Of a stretch of 48,370 nucleotides of DNA, positions 47,950-48,370 are shown one piece after another; position 1 is the stretch's first letter; each line of letters starts with the position of its first letter. The notes under the pieces are model-generated. The model did not search any database. It was not told the DNA's origin and saw only the letters and a list, made by a program, of their open reading frames with translations. Source of the DNA: Desulfonema limicola (GTDB lineage Bacteria; Desulfobacterota; Desulfobacteria; Desulfobacterales; RPRI01); assembly GCA_020723255.1 (NCBI GenBank), contig DYJH01000001.1:14201-62570 (forward strand), read 5' to 3'. The position numbers and the translations under genes are program-made.

Positions 47950-48277
47950 CCTTATCCGTATACGTCACATGTTGGAAGCAGCAGAAGATGCGATCTCATT
48001 TGCCCGTAACAGAACAAGAAGAGATCTTGATGATGACCGTATGTTCACTCTTTCAATTGTTAAGTCGGTTGAACTTATAGGTGAAGCAGCCTCAAAGATT
48101 TCAAAGGAAGGAAAAGATGCACATCCCGAAATTCCGTGGTCTGATATCGTTGCAATGAGAAACCGGTTAATCCATGTTTATTTTGATATCGATCTTGACC
48201 GGGTATGGGATACTATCACAGATGATCTTCCTCCTTTAGTATATGCGCTTAAAAAAATATTAGAATACGAAGAATGA
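47936..48277 (+). CDS. HEPN (DUF86/HepT-like) toxin
   Basis: IGEAA, IPW..I..MRNRLIHVY (RX4H); overlaps the MNT gene. Confidence 0.92.
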   Translation: MRKDDLIRIRHMLEAAEDAISFARNRTRRDLDDDRMFTLSIVKSVELIGEAASKISKEGKDAHPEIPWSDIVAMRNRLIHVYFDIDLDRVWDTITDDLPPLVYALKKILEYEE

Positions 48278-48370
48278 TATATAATGGTAAAAGTACTTAA
48301 TTTAAGTGTTTTGCGAATAATAACAGATAGCTTTGCCAATTTATTTTAGGGTGTAAAAAATAGGGTAGGT

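Overview
AT-rich bacterial chromosomal window; gene order and content suggest a deltaproteobacterium (Desulfobacterota-like), by inference. It has four parts. (1) 1-27047 (+): a large flagellar cluster from fliK to fliW with two sigma54 promoters and one sigma28 promoter. It shows damage (in-frame stop in fliL, deletion plus frameshift in fliM, no flgM at its usual position) and FlgE carries an inserted FCCH-like domain. (2) 27056-30089 (-): a candidate RiPP locus with an unannotated 20-aa Lys/Cys-rich peptide, a Cys-rich protein, two radical SAM/SPASM enzymes and a cupin. (3) 30341-36834 (+): cas6, then about 5.5 kb of accessory genes (AAA ATPase, AlbA/HATPase protein, toxin-antitoxin pair, Bro-N protein). 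This part is punctuated by three copies of a module consisting of an SD, an 11-codon ORF and a terminator hairpin; the last copy sits directly upstream of cmr1. (4) 36883-48277 (+): type III-C CRISPR-Cas genes (cmr1-cmr6-cas10-cmr4-cmr5-cmr3), a 2-TM accessory gene, a stand-alone reverse transcriptase, cas1, cas2 and an MNT-HEPN pair. No CRISPR array is visible inside the window. All product calls come from motif recognition and gene context; no database search was run.
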